Assembly: GCA_964016885.1 (NCBI GenBank)
Contig: OZ024741.1
Span: forward strand, 88,102,001 to 88,166,000
DNA: 64,000 nt
Direction of reading: 5' to 3'
Source of the DNA: Eledone cirrhosa
Taxonomy: Eukaryota
A program made the translations under genes and the position numbers. Numbering within the stretch: the stretch's first letter is position 1; each line of letters begins with the position of its first letter. The notes below the pieces were generated by a model. The model searched no databases. It saw only the letters and a program-made list of their open reading frames with translations, and was not told the origin of the DNA. Below, piece after piece: positions 52,135 to 64,000 of the stretch.

Positions 52135-54010
52135 CAACATCACTGTTTAATGTCCATTTTCCATGCTTGCATGTGTTAGACAGGTCGTCCGTGTTGAGAA
52201 ATAAGTCTGGCCAGAATTCACAACACCATACCTTGCTCTGACGGGCCTGTAAATTTGGCCGGGATTTTTACAGCTGGATGCCCTTCCTAACACCAACCAC
52301 ATTTACATTATGAGGAGGGACAGGCTGCACCGAACCCTTCTCTCAGCGGAACCACAGTTTGGAAGTCACATCCATGTTTGCAGTGTGGAACTGGATGGCA
52401 CAGTTATGAGGAGAGAGACAGGGCAGTTGGCCATGCCATGCCCTGCTCACAGCGGAACCATAGTTTGAGGGAGGTTGGGCCAGTAGGCCGCATCAAGCCT
52501 TACTCATAACAGGAGCCATGTTACTGGGTGGGCCTGCTATCGACAATGTTTGCAGTGTGGAGCTAGGTGGCGCTGTTATGAACCGAGTCTGGGCTTGAGT
52601 TGTCAACACGGGTCTTTTGTTGTACGTTGTAGCGCCAGAGGACTTGTCCTGTGTCAGCCTCGTTGGGAGATTCAGTTGAGTCGGGTCCGCCTTTATCGTT
52701 TCATCCCATGTTTTAAACAGATGTCAATCGTCTCTTATGCCCAGTTTCGCTCTCAATACATTTAGACTTTGCCGTTCATGCACACTTCTGTTACACATCC
52801 ATCTGATCATGCAGGCTTCATTTCTTTCCAATCTCCGTAGGTCCTCAGCACTCATAGCCCATGTTTCACTTCCATGTAGCATTGCTGAGCGCGTACAGGC
52901 ATCATACAGCTTGCCTTTTATCTTGAGTGAGAGACCTTTTGTAGTTAGCAGTAGCTCCCTGAACTTTTTTCATCCTGTTCTTACTCTGACAACTGTGCTT
53001 TCTGCACAACCACCTCCACAGCTGATTTGGTCACCCAGATAGCAGAAGCTATCAACTATTTCTATGGGGTCTTCTGTGAAATTGAAGGAGCATACTACCT
53101 GAGGGTCCACACATAAAGTCTGTGTTTTGCTAGCCTGCCTGTTTTCCCACTATATCTCTTATGTACCCATGTTTGCATTTGGGACACTGGATTGAGTTTC
53201 TGCCTACTCCTTTCCTGCATACCAAGCAGGGCCATTTCCCGGAGGGTATCAGAGCCCTGTTTCCTTTTCTGCACACAACGATTTTTGGTCTTAGCCAGGT
53301 TGACTTTGAGGCCTTTTATTACGAAGTTGTGCCTCCTTGACTGATATTTCTTCTCTAATTCTGTCATAGAATCAGCTAAGAGAATCAGGTTGTTGGCATA
53401 TAAGAGTTCTCAGAGACAACCAGTCTTAAATTCCTCTGTTATAGCCTGTAGGATAATAATGAAGTGGAGGGGGCTAAGGACGGGGCCCTGGTGAATCCCC
53501 ACTTGTACTCTGAATTCCTCGTTGTATTCATTGTTGATTTTAACTTTGCTGGTGGCCCCTCTGTACATGGCCTGTACTGCTCTTATGAGCCATTCATCTA
53601 TGCCTTGCTTTCTGAGGGCCCACCATATTATGAGCTGAGAGACTCTGTTGAAAACTTTCTCAAGGTCCACAAATGCTAGGTAGAGCTTGCTTTTAGTGAA
53701 GTACTTTTGCATTTGCCTCACAAGGAAGAGGGCATTGGTGGTGCTTTTCCTCGGCAAAAATCCAAACTACATCTCATCTAGGTGTATACAATCTTTAATT
53801 AGTTATGCAATGACTTTCATGACCTTGTCAGTCAGTTTTATGCCTCTGTAGTTACTTCTCTCTAGGGCATCACCTTAACCCTTGTAGCAGTTGATGATAA
53901 CGCTGCTGTTCCAGCCACTGGGAATGACACCATTCTGTATTACTTGGTTTACAATAAGGGTGGTTTGGGTGTGCCCTACCGTCCCAGATGCTTTCAACAT
54001 CTCAGCAACA
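52135..54010 (-). mobile_element. Degraded RTE-clade LINE, 5'-truncated, with internal deletion
   Basis: RT pieces LAFVDLEK.F.RV, QG.VLSP and ITEEFKTGC with many frameshifts; RTE terminus at about 52135-52185. Confidence 0.88.
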
Positions 54011-56470
54011 AAATTAAATCATTTTGAAAATAATCTCAAATTTGGAAGGATTTAATGATATAACTAATTTCTTGTTATTAAGCTGGTGTTAGGAATGTAA
54101 AGAATTATGTTGTAAAGTTTTTAGATAAATAGAAGCACTTAATAAACAGATTTTTAAAACCATGGCTGGTTTCAGAAAGTTTGGTATCAAAGGGGTTAAA
54201 TATTTGTAGTTGTTGGGTTGGAGGAGCCCTTCTCATATTTTTAAGTTTGTTATATTAGTGTATGGTGTATTTTGTTTACTAATACAAATCTTTTAGGTCA
54301 CTTAACCACAGCTGGATCTCACATTATGAAGTGTTTAGTTTTTGTTGATAATTTGTATGCCCCTCTCCTCTCTTCTGTGACTGCATTGGATACTCGCACA
54401 GCAACAAGTAGAATAACACCACTTTTCTCTATATTCTATTCGAAGCTCACTCCTTGAATAACTATGAAACTAAGTCAACTGTATCAGAGTATCTATTGAG
54501 CATTGTAAGCTTCTACTAAACAGTTCAACAGCTATATACTGTTTAACCTAGATACTATAGCATAAAGCCATCATATTAAAAAAATGACTAAGCAAGAAAT
54601 ATCAACCACCCCAGCTGCTAATTCATCTTAAGGATTTACAAGATCATCTCCATTAGCTTACTTTGTGTCATCTAAATACTGCCACTCCCTCCATCATTGC
54701 TACCAAGCCACCTATCCTATCTTGATAATGTCCCCATTCCCAATGTGGAATGGATCTCCATAGGTTTCACAGCCTGCTCATGAAATCAAGGTGCAAATAG
54801 CTGAGCATTCCACAAATACATGTACTTTTAACTTAATTCTCAAGGAGATTCAGTGTGACAAGTTTGGTCTGTTGAATTTCAGGTACAGTCTAATGGTGAG
54901 TTTCCTGATAGTTTTGTTCTACCAAATTTCACTCAAAGGAATGGGTTGACCCGAGGCTGTGGTAAATAACCCTTGCCCAATATGACGCGCAGTGGCGCAA
55001 ACCTGGGACTTCATGATTGCAAAGTGAATACCTTAACTATTTGGCCATGTTGCATCCACTCCCACTGTGGAACTTAGATGTAACTCACTCTGTTACTGAC
55101 CCGATAGAAGTAGGTCAAATAGACATAATGACCTGACTGTTGGACTGAGATATGCCAACACAATTGAGAAGCATTGTGAGATGTTTCTTTGCAAATCCAT
55201 CCAACCTATGGAGAAAAAGTAATTGAAATGAAAAAATAATTTCTTGACATTGCTGAAAGAGGCATTGTTTAGTGAGAAGTATGGATAGGAGTTTGAATTC
55301 TGCCATGGAAAATAATGACTCTTACACAGGTTTTAAGCCTTACACCTGTGGCCATACTACTTCACTCTTATAATAGTTTTGTGTGTGTTGGATTGGAAGT
55401 GTCAGTAGAGCGTCGGATAAAATACTTTGTGGTATTTAGTTATGACTTTTTATGTTCTGAATTCAAATTCTGCCAAGAAAAACTTTCATCTTTCCGAGGA
55501 CAATAAAATAAAATACCAGTTAAGTACTGAGGTCAATATTTTCCCCCTAATTGCTAGCATAGTGCCAATAGTAGAAAAGGAATATAAAGGCTTTCTATTT
55601 CTTTGTATTCTTAATTTTCTACATTGGTGCAATTCCTTAGATTTAGGGGGTGGGGGTTGCGATATGCTGTTATATTTCTTTCTCGATGACATTAGCAGCA
55701 TGTGTGTAGGGACTTCAACTAAAGACTGAAACCTATCTTTAATGATAGTTTGTTGAAAAAAAAAAAGGAATGGAACTGATCATCAGGTTGGACCAAAGAA
55801 TCAATGTTCCAGTTGGTTTTTCCATTGCTAATACAATCTGCCAGTTACAACTCTTGACAAAAAGAGGAGGGTGAAATAAAGTATTTTGTTCAAGAAAAAT
55901 ATGCATCACCCAGTCCAGGAATTGAACCCACAACCTTATGATCCTGAGTCCAACACCGTAACCTAACATATAAGCACTTATTGCCATTGTATATATGTGT
56001 GTGCATGCTATAAAGAAATATCACCAAATATACTGTAAATACATGTGTAAGTCTCTGTCTGTCAGTTTTAATACTAACAAGAAGATAACTACCTCACTCC
56101 AATGTCAGCAGTTAAGGTTATATCAGCTGTATAGGTGAAGTGACTGTATGTGTAAGTCAAACTAGTTTTATGCAGACCAAAATGACAAATTGGCTGTGGA
56201 TTTTAGTAAGTTTATATGCTTTTGATGGACACAGCTCTTACATAAGTCTTTGTTGACCCATTGATAGACATGACATTCATGTACCAGATTAAAAATCTTT
56301 TAACCCTTTAGCATTTAAACCGGCTGTATCTGGCCAGAATTCTCTCACCTCTTTCTGTTCGAACTGACTATAACTGGCTGGTCATACTGACATTAAGGTA
56401 TTGTTCTCAAAATAAATATACATCAAAATCTCGTAGATTTGATATAATGTGAGATAATTATGTAAGATAA

Positions 56471-57196
56471 AGCGTGGACTGTCTGGCGGGTTTTCTACAG
56501 CTGGATGCCCTTCCTAACACCAACCACATTTACAGTGTGGGGCTGGGAGGTTTTTACCGTGTTGCCTACACGGCCACATTACAGCGTGGACTGTCTGGCG
56601 GGTTTTCTACAGCTGGATGCCCTTCCTAACACCAACCACATTTACAGTGTGGGGCTGGCAGGTTTTTACCGTGTTGCCTACACGGCCACATTACAGCGTG
56701 GACTGTGTGTTTTTTTTTTGTCGTGACACCTACACGATCTCATTTGTTTCGGCCTGGATGTTGTGGCTACCAACATAACTTTACATTGAAAGGGGCGGTG
56801 TGGATGGGGTGGGGGTGGTGGGACGGTGGTGTATTTTGTTAGAGATGCCTACTGACTGTAGTAGGTTTTACTTTGTATTTAGGTAAGGCGGGTCTTCTCT
56901 ATTACTGAGTACCGCCAAAGGTCTCGGTCCAGTGACATTGTCTTGGAGAGGTGTAAGTGTGTGAGGTCGGAATTTATCAGCTCGTCCCAGGTTTTTCTGG
57001 GTCTGCCTACTCCGTAGCTACCGTCTATCTTTATTGCCCTGCACTTTGTTATACAGCTGTCGTCTTTCATGCGCATCACGTGACCATACCAACGTAGCCT
57101 TCTCTCGAGTAAACAACATCTGATCCCTCTTATTTCTAATTTTTTCCTTAGTTCGCTTATGCTTTGCCGTTCACGTATGTTACTATTACACATCCA
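56471..57196 (-). mobile_element. RTE 3' fragment, main family, tail lost, with a 112-bp tandem duplication in the 3' UTR
   Basis: ORF 56879-57193; AGCGTGGACTGT recurs at 56471, 56583 and 56695. Confidence 0.9.
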
Positions 57197-57889
57197 TGAC
57201 GTACATTTGACAATAAATAACTTTTTAAAAAATCACAATTACAACACTAGATTTGAACTCCTTTCTTTCTCATCATTTCATTTCATTTCATCATCATCTA
57301 CCCAGTTTCCAATCTGGCATGGGTTGTTTGAATTATCATAGTCCAAATCAGTTACTATACTCCTAGATGATTCAGATAATCATGTCTTGCTCATACACTC
57401 AATATCAGAAAATGTTCAATAAACATTCACTTCTCCTTCATGATTTCTCTCTATTATGTCAAATTTACCTACTTTTGGAGCCTCACATAAAAACTTCTTA
57501 TTCATCCTATCTTCATTGTTCTACAATCAACTTAACCTTCTTTCAAGTTTATCTTGCCTCCAACCACCTTAGTTGTTGCACCAAATTTAATGTTCAGTTT
57601 ATATTTTGTTTGGTTGTCTTTTTTTAAGTATATATTTATTTTCCCTGTGTGCATGGCTACAGTTTTGTTTTTATTGTTGTAATGTTGAACATTTGTAAAT
57701 GAATTGTCAAGGTAAGTACTTTTATAGCTAAATTGTGATACCTATAGAATAGGTGTCCCTTATAGAATAATACAGAGCCTGGCATGTTTCAATTTGGCAA
57801 ACTAAGACAATTATAGGGAAGTAAAATAGAATGGATATAGCAGTATATGAAATTGTGACTGATCAATTGTCCAGTGCTTTCTTTAACTC

Positions 57890-58770
57890 TTAAATGACCT
57901 GTACTGCATGAAACCACATTAGAAAGATACTCTTAAAAAATACAAAACAATGCTCCATCATAGTAAAAAGTAAAGACTACTTCAGTTTATTACAAATTTT
58001 CACAACAATCTGTCCTCTATAAACATTTGAATTAATAAACCTGTTTTTAGATATTTTCTGGTAAATCATTACAGGATGTTATTTTCATCACCATTTAATG
58101 TCCATTTTTCACATTTTCATGTGTTAGATGGTTTATCATGCTCTGAAGCTAGACAGGGAATCAGACAATTGTGTATTGCTCATATATTCCATTTTGGCAT
58201 AGTTCCTATGACTGAATGCCTTTCATAATGCCAACCACTTCATAGTGTGTATCAAGTTTATTTTCTCATAGTACCACCACTACCACCTGACAGTGGACTG
58301 GGTGCTCTTTTTTCATGGCAACAGCACTACCACTTTACAGTGGCACCAGTTAATAATTTTAACTAAGATTTAATAATGTTAACACAGCTTCTATGATAAA
58401 AAAAAAATGCAACAGTGATTTTATGTTTAGTAATTTGTTGCTCAGAGCACACAATTAATTCTCTATTCTTAGGCAAGACACTTTACTCCCTTTGAAGGGT
58501 CTGTTTTGCAACAGATTAGGTATCACTTTCAATTTGTGGTTTAATACCACATATTAATTCTTAACATCCTGTAATAATTTAGCAGGAAATATCTAAAAAC
58601 AGGTTTAATTCAAATGTTTATAGTATCTTTACTAGTGGAGGGATGGTTGCAAAAATTTGCAATAAACTGTAGTAAAAACTTTAATATTTAATGTAGTGCA
58701 GTCATAGTGCTGTTTTCGTACTTTCAAGCATGTCTTGCTCATATGATTCTGTGTAGCACAAGATGTTGAG
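57890..58770. mobile_element. Old MITE-like element with long degenerate inverted arms and an internal RTE-tailed repeat
   Basis: TAAACATTTGAATT..AAACCTGTTTTTAGATATTT..TTACAGGATGTTA (about 58020-58081) is inverted at about 58562-58620; related sequence at about 17870-18050 and 50400-50780. Confidence 0.55.
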
Positions 58771-60131
58771 AGTTATCATAACACTCATAGCCTTGCAATG
58801 GTAATATAAGGAAGATGTAAAGACATAAAAAAGCAAGAACAGATTTGTTTGTTTTTTGTTGTTTTTTTCAGTTTTAAAACTAGAATGAAACCATGCCTGA
58901 TAAGTATTGGATATAATAAATGGTGATTTGCTGTGTGAAGTTATGTGACATGTGCAAATAAAGATGTTTAGTAATATATAATTTTCTTAGTATTAAACTG
59001 GTATTTGGAATATAACTTAAGAAAGGTTCTGACATAAAATTATGATGGAAGGTTTTTAAAATAAACAGATTTTTCACGATAGAACCAGAAGCTGTTTCAA
59101 GTGGGTTGGTATCAAAGGGTTGAGATACTGAACATGAAAACTGGATGGGTCTCATTGTAAAAATTCTTCTATTAAAATTTACAACAGTACTAAGACAATC
59201 TGTTTTTGACTTTCTACTATGAGGCCTAACCACCAGGGATGATTTAGCTAGCATAAATGAAATGGTAATATTCTTTTCAAAATCAGTCCCTCCCCTCCCC
59301 TCTCTCTTTCTCACTCTCATTCTATTAACAGTTTGAAAATTAAAATAAAATATTAAAAATATCTCTTGGTGTTTCATTAACTTGCCTAACATACTTGTTA
59401 ACAATTGATGTTGTTACTGCTGTTCTAGTTAAGTTTGTAGCATGTTTACTTAACCATGTGTAATATTAACTAATATTAATTCATTTATACTAACTACCTT
59501 TTTAAATTTACTGAATGTACACTAGCACCATATTCTATTTGTTGGTCGTCTTTATCCTTTTATTTATTTTTATGTGTATTCTGCTTCTCCGTTTGTTTTT
59601 TATGCTAGTTGTTTTGCTAAATTATTTTCATAATCATTTAGTTACATTTTATCAAATTTCAAAGTAATTAAAAAAAAAAAAAAAAAAATTTATATTTTGA
59701 TAATCATTCAACAGTTACCATATGCTTCCATCTCTACCTTTTTTCCTGAAATGATGGATGTCATTCACAATTTAATTTTTCATTTTTTACATTTTAAATT
59801 CAAAAATATATTTGCCACGATGCAGATGTCTATAAATAATAGTTGAATACATTGGATAAAGTACCTCATGAGATGGGGGAAAAGTGAACAGAGATTCCTG
59901 TCAACTATTATTATAGTTATCTGCATTGTGGTAATTAAATTTTCAAATTTACCAATGCTTTATAAGTCAACCAAATCTTTTTACATTTTGTTTCCAACTT
60001 ATCTTTATCTGATTATATTCTTTCTGTGGAGGAAAAATGATGGAACTTTTGGTTCTGGTTATCAATGTTTGTAGCTGTTTGATTGTTTCTCTACTGCTAA
60101 AAATCTCTTCTTTTTGTTCTGATTCTAATAG

Positions 60132-60172
60132 GCATGGAAACGATGGTGTACTCAGATTTTATCAGCACTAAG
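60132..60172 (+). CDS. NRBP1: NRBP coding exon D
   Basis: TAG acceptor; 41 nt = AWKRWCTQILSAL plus AG (phase 2); GTGAG donor at 60173. Confidence 0.95.
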
Positions 60173-61844
60173 GTGAGAATAATTACTATGGCTTGCTGAT
60201 ATTTGTTTGATATTTTGTATTTCTGCAGAAACAGCACTTTTTTATATACTGTTTAGTCAGAGCTTCTTAGACAGAGTAAAGGTAAGAAAGTATCTTCAAA
60301 ACTAGTTATCTGGCCTGAATTCTTGTAACAGAATAGACTTTTCCAAAAACACCTAAAGGCCAGGTGTTGGTGTTAAACTGGGTAACAGATTAAATCTATC
60401 ACTCAAGTAAGCTATGGCAGCATTTAAACTTAGGATGCAAAGAGTTGGAATGCCAGCTATTTTGTCCGGCACTCTGACAATTCAGCCAAATCCACTGCCC
60501 TGGATATAACATTTTTGTGTTTGTAAGCTATAAACTATTATAATATTACATTTGACTTGTAAATATTATAGGGTTTGTAACTTAAAACAACTATTTAGAA
60601 CAACATATGTGTCACTTATAAACTACTGTCATAACAACATTATGATGTTTATGATTTATAAATTACTGTTATCCTTCTCACTCTTGTTGGAGGAACCCCT
60701 CCCTGGTTGATCTCCACTACTTCCTATCTCTGACCATACTGGAACAAGGTAGGTATTGGGCCTGATTGTCTTGTCATCTTGCTATTGGCTGCCCCCTAGT
60801 TCTTCTCCACTGCTTTGGTTTCCACTCTGTCAATTTAATATTCTACTTGTTGTCTGAGACAAGAGACATGGCCAACCCTTAGCCCTTAGCAATATTAGCC
60901 CTTCTTGGTGGTCTCAATTATGTCCTTTACTCTAATCTGCTGTTAAATCCTGGCGTTGCTCTTCCTGTCACATATGGTGATGCCAACCAAGATTCACTCC
61001 ATTTTATTCTGACTTATAAATTACTGTTATAACACCATGGTAGTATTTGTGACTTACAAATTACTATTACAGCACCATCATAATATTTGTGACTTATGAA
61101 TTACTGTTATAACATGGCAGTTTATTTTATTGGTTCTGAAAGGATGACATGCAAAGTTAACTTCAGCAGGATTTTAATTCAGAGAAGAGAGCTGGAATAA
61201 ATACTATGCACTAATGCTAATTTGCCACCAAGGTTGTTTAGTACATAGTGAAAGTAAGCTTACATGGAGAAGCTGAATAGTAATAAGGGGGCAATTGAGT
61301 ATACACAGATTTGAGTGGAGTAACATAGGTGTACAAAGTAGAGACTGTACTAATAATGGTTTCTACTTTAGGCATAGGGCCAGCAAATTGAAGAAGAGGA
61401 AAGTTGATTAAATCAACCCCAATGCTTGACTGGTACATTCCAAATGGATGAAAAAACAAAGTTGACCTCAATGGGATTTCAACTCAGAATTTTAAAGGCC
61501 ATACTAAAAGCCACGAAGCATTTTGTCTGACATCGTAACATTTCTGCCGATCCACAAACCTTAGAGGTTGTACTAAAAATAATAGTAAAGATCTGCAGTT
61601 TAGATGTCTTGACAATTGTAAAAGGGCTGGGATTTAAATAATATATAGTGTAGAATGCTAGTGATTAATAGGTATCATTTTCATCATCATCATCATTTAA
61701 TGTCCATTTTTTCCTAATAGCAAGGGTGGGACAGGTCATCACAGACCAAGTCAGTGCTTAATCAGAACTATTAACCTCTCAGAGTGAACAAGGTGTATTC
61801 TAAGGAGGTTGTCATGTCTTTAACACAACTGAAAAGTTATGTCA

Positions 61845-62455
61845 GTTATGTCAAGGACATATGACAACCTCCCTCATGTTGGTGATCTACATGATAAACA
61901 CACTCAGTATATGCTGTAAATGGTTGATGATAGGAAGGGCATCTAGCTGTAGAAAGCTTGCCAAACAAAGATTTTGGAGGACCCTCCAGTTATGTCAAGG
62001 ATATGACATCCTCTCCAGTATTGGTGATCTACACAAGAAACACACCTAGCACAGGCTGTAAAGTGGTTGGTGATGGGAAGGGCATCTAGTCAAAGCTTCC
62101 CAAACAAAGGGTTGGGAAGAGCCTTCAGATGTGTCAAGGACATGGCAACCTTAGTGTTGGTGATCTACATGATAAATGCACCCAGTACATGCTGTAAATT
62201 GGTTGGTGATAGAAAGCACATCCAATCATAGAAAACTTGCTGAACAAAAGGTTGGGAGGACCCTCCAGTTATATCAAAGACATGACAACCTCCCTAGTGT
62301 TGGTGATCTACATGATAAAGGCACCCAGTACACGCTGTAAAGTAGTTGATGTTAGGAAAGGCATCCAACTGTAGTGCTTGCCAAACAAAAGGTTGGGAAG
62401 ATCCTCTAGTTATGTCACTGACATAACCTCTTTAGTGTTGCTGCCATGATAAAAT
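61845..62455 (+). repeat. Tandem array, ~140-bp unit, about 4.3 copies, derived from the RTE/SINE GGAAGGGCATC module
   Basis: Unit starts ATGACAACCT at about 61861, 62003, 62141, 62282 and 62421; each has TGTTGGTGATCTAC..GCTGTAAA..GGAAGGGCATC. Confidence 0.85.
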
Positions 62456-63710
62456 GCATTTGGTAGAACGCCAAACTGTAATTAGTGAAATGTGAACCTC
62501 CAGCTTGTCTGGGAGATCAGTGGCCCCCACTTCAGTACAGACTCGGTTTGTGAAGACCCCATCCAACTCTTAGTAGCAGGGAAAGTGGGCGTTAAATGAT
62601 GATGATGATGATGATGATGATTGTGGTGGTGATGGGATTGCATGTTACTTTTTCTTATTAAAATGAGTAAATAGATATATTGCAGCATATTAAAGATTAC
62701 TGTGTATACTTGAATATAAGCTGAGGAATATTTAACCAAAAAATGGATGGTACATGGGGTCGGGGATTTGGCTTATATTCAAGTCATTATTTTGATGATT
62801 TTCACCAACTCCAAATTCTATGTAAATAGGGTTTGGATTTTTACCCATTTCTCATAAAGGGTCAACTTATATTTGAGTATATACAGTAATTTTGTTTTTA
62901 ACTATAAATTATTACAGTCGGATAACCTTGCTGCTGACCACTCAACCACATACTAGAAGTGGTACTTGTTTTTGTCACAGTACAATGTGAATATAGTCCC
63001 CAACACCTTAACTCCGGTCCATTGTCTTTTATAAATTTTTGGCTATTACATTTAGAGGAAGAGGGTTGATTTGGCAGAGTCTTTAGAGAATTGGATATTT
63101 GTTCCAGGTCTCTGAGTTCAAATCCTGACAAGATCCATTTTGCTTTTCATTCTTTTGGGATCTGTAAAGTACCAATCCAGTACTTGTACAGCCCTTTTTC
63201 CTTCCAGTTGTCACATCCTGAATGTATCATTAGATCAAAGGAGTGGGTTGTAGAGGGTGTCTGTGTCTGCTTGCATAGGTATCTAAAACTCTTAACAAAA
63301 GCATGGTACATACTACCAAGTCATACTTGATTATATGTGGTGGCTGTACTTTTTACATTTAGAGGACAAATGTCTCAGACAATTATTTTCAATAATTCTT
63401 TCTAACATTGGCACAAGGCCAGCAATTTTGGGGAAGAAGAAAGTTAATTATATTGATCTCAGTACTCTGAACTGGTACTTTATCTTGACTCTGGAAGGAT
63501 GAAAACCAGATTTTCCCTTGGTGGGATTGAACTCAACATAGAAAGTTGTAACTAAATGCCACAAAGCATTTTATCTGATGCTCTACTAATACTGCCAATC
63601 CACTGCTCTAATCATTTTTGAGAATAAAAATTAATCATTACAGTTATGTTGAATTATTGTTTCATTAATTTATTTTGCATTTCCTTTTCTTTGTTTTAAT
63701 TTTTTTCTAG

Positions 63711-63805
63711 TTATCTACATTCCTGTGACCCACCTATTATCCATGGTAACCTCACCTGTGATACTATTTTCATCCAACACAATGGACTGGTCAAGATTGG
63801 TTCAG
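63711..63805 (+). CDS. NRBP1: NRBP coding exon E
   Basis: Long T-rich tract and TAG; 95 nt, completes Ser then YLHSCDPPIIHGNLTCDTIFIQHNGLVKIGS; GTAAA donor. HGN replaces the catalytic HRD, as in NRBP pseudokinases. Confidence 0.96.
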
Positions 63806-64000
63806 GTAAACATAGTAAACAACATTCAAATATTTATACCATAACCACCTGTTTCCTACATGTGTGCCTGTGTATGTATGTTTCATATACATATATTATA
63901 TTCCTTCATCACTCTGTGTGTTACCTTTTTCTTTTTCAAACATTTAGTTTAGTTTTCATTCCCTTCTGTTAATCATGTTTTAAATCTAGTTATTTTTTAA

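Overview
AT-rich animal genomic DNA, most likely a coleoid cephalopod (Octopus-like); this is inferred from the repeat content, not shown directly. The only host gene visible is an NRBP/Madm pseudokinase on the + strand. Five short coding exons (123, 102, 90, 41 and 95 nt) lie between 19.3 and 63.8 kb with canonical AG/GT ends, and the gene continues beyond both window edges. Its introns are full of retroelements. There are about ten RTE-clade LINE copies, one with an intact APE-RT ORF, and the RT carries a C4HC3 PHD-like finger. Also present: Penelope-like remnants with a hammerhead ribozyme, CRE, CR1 and Tx1 fragments, a short non-autonomous RTE derivative, tRNA-derived SINEs, MITEs, and (TA)n/(TG)n arrays up to 2.7 kb. 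The most interesting signals are: (1) the PHD-bearing RTE that repeatedly sits in (TA)n tracts; (2) an intact-looking type I hammerhead on the sense strand of the presumed NRBP intron; (3) fold-back palindromes made from retroelement 3' ends; (4) kb-scale inverted LINE pairs around phase-0 exons, which are candidates for dsRNA editing or back-splicing. The many Y/I/C/V/H/T-rich ORFs in the track are microsatellite translations.
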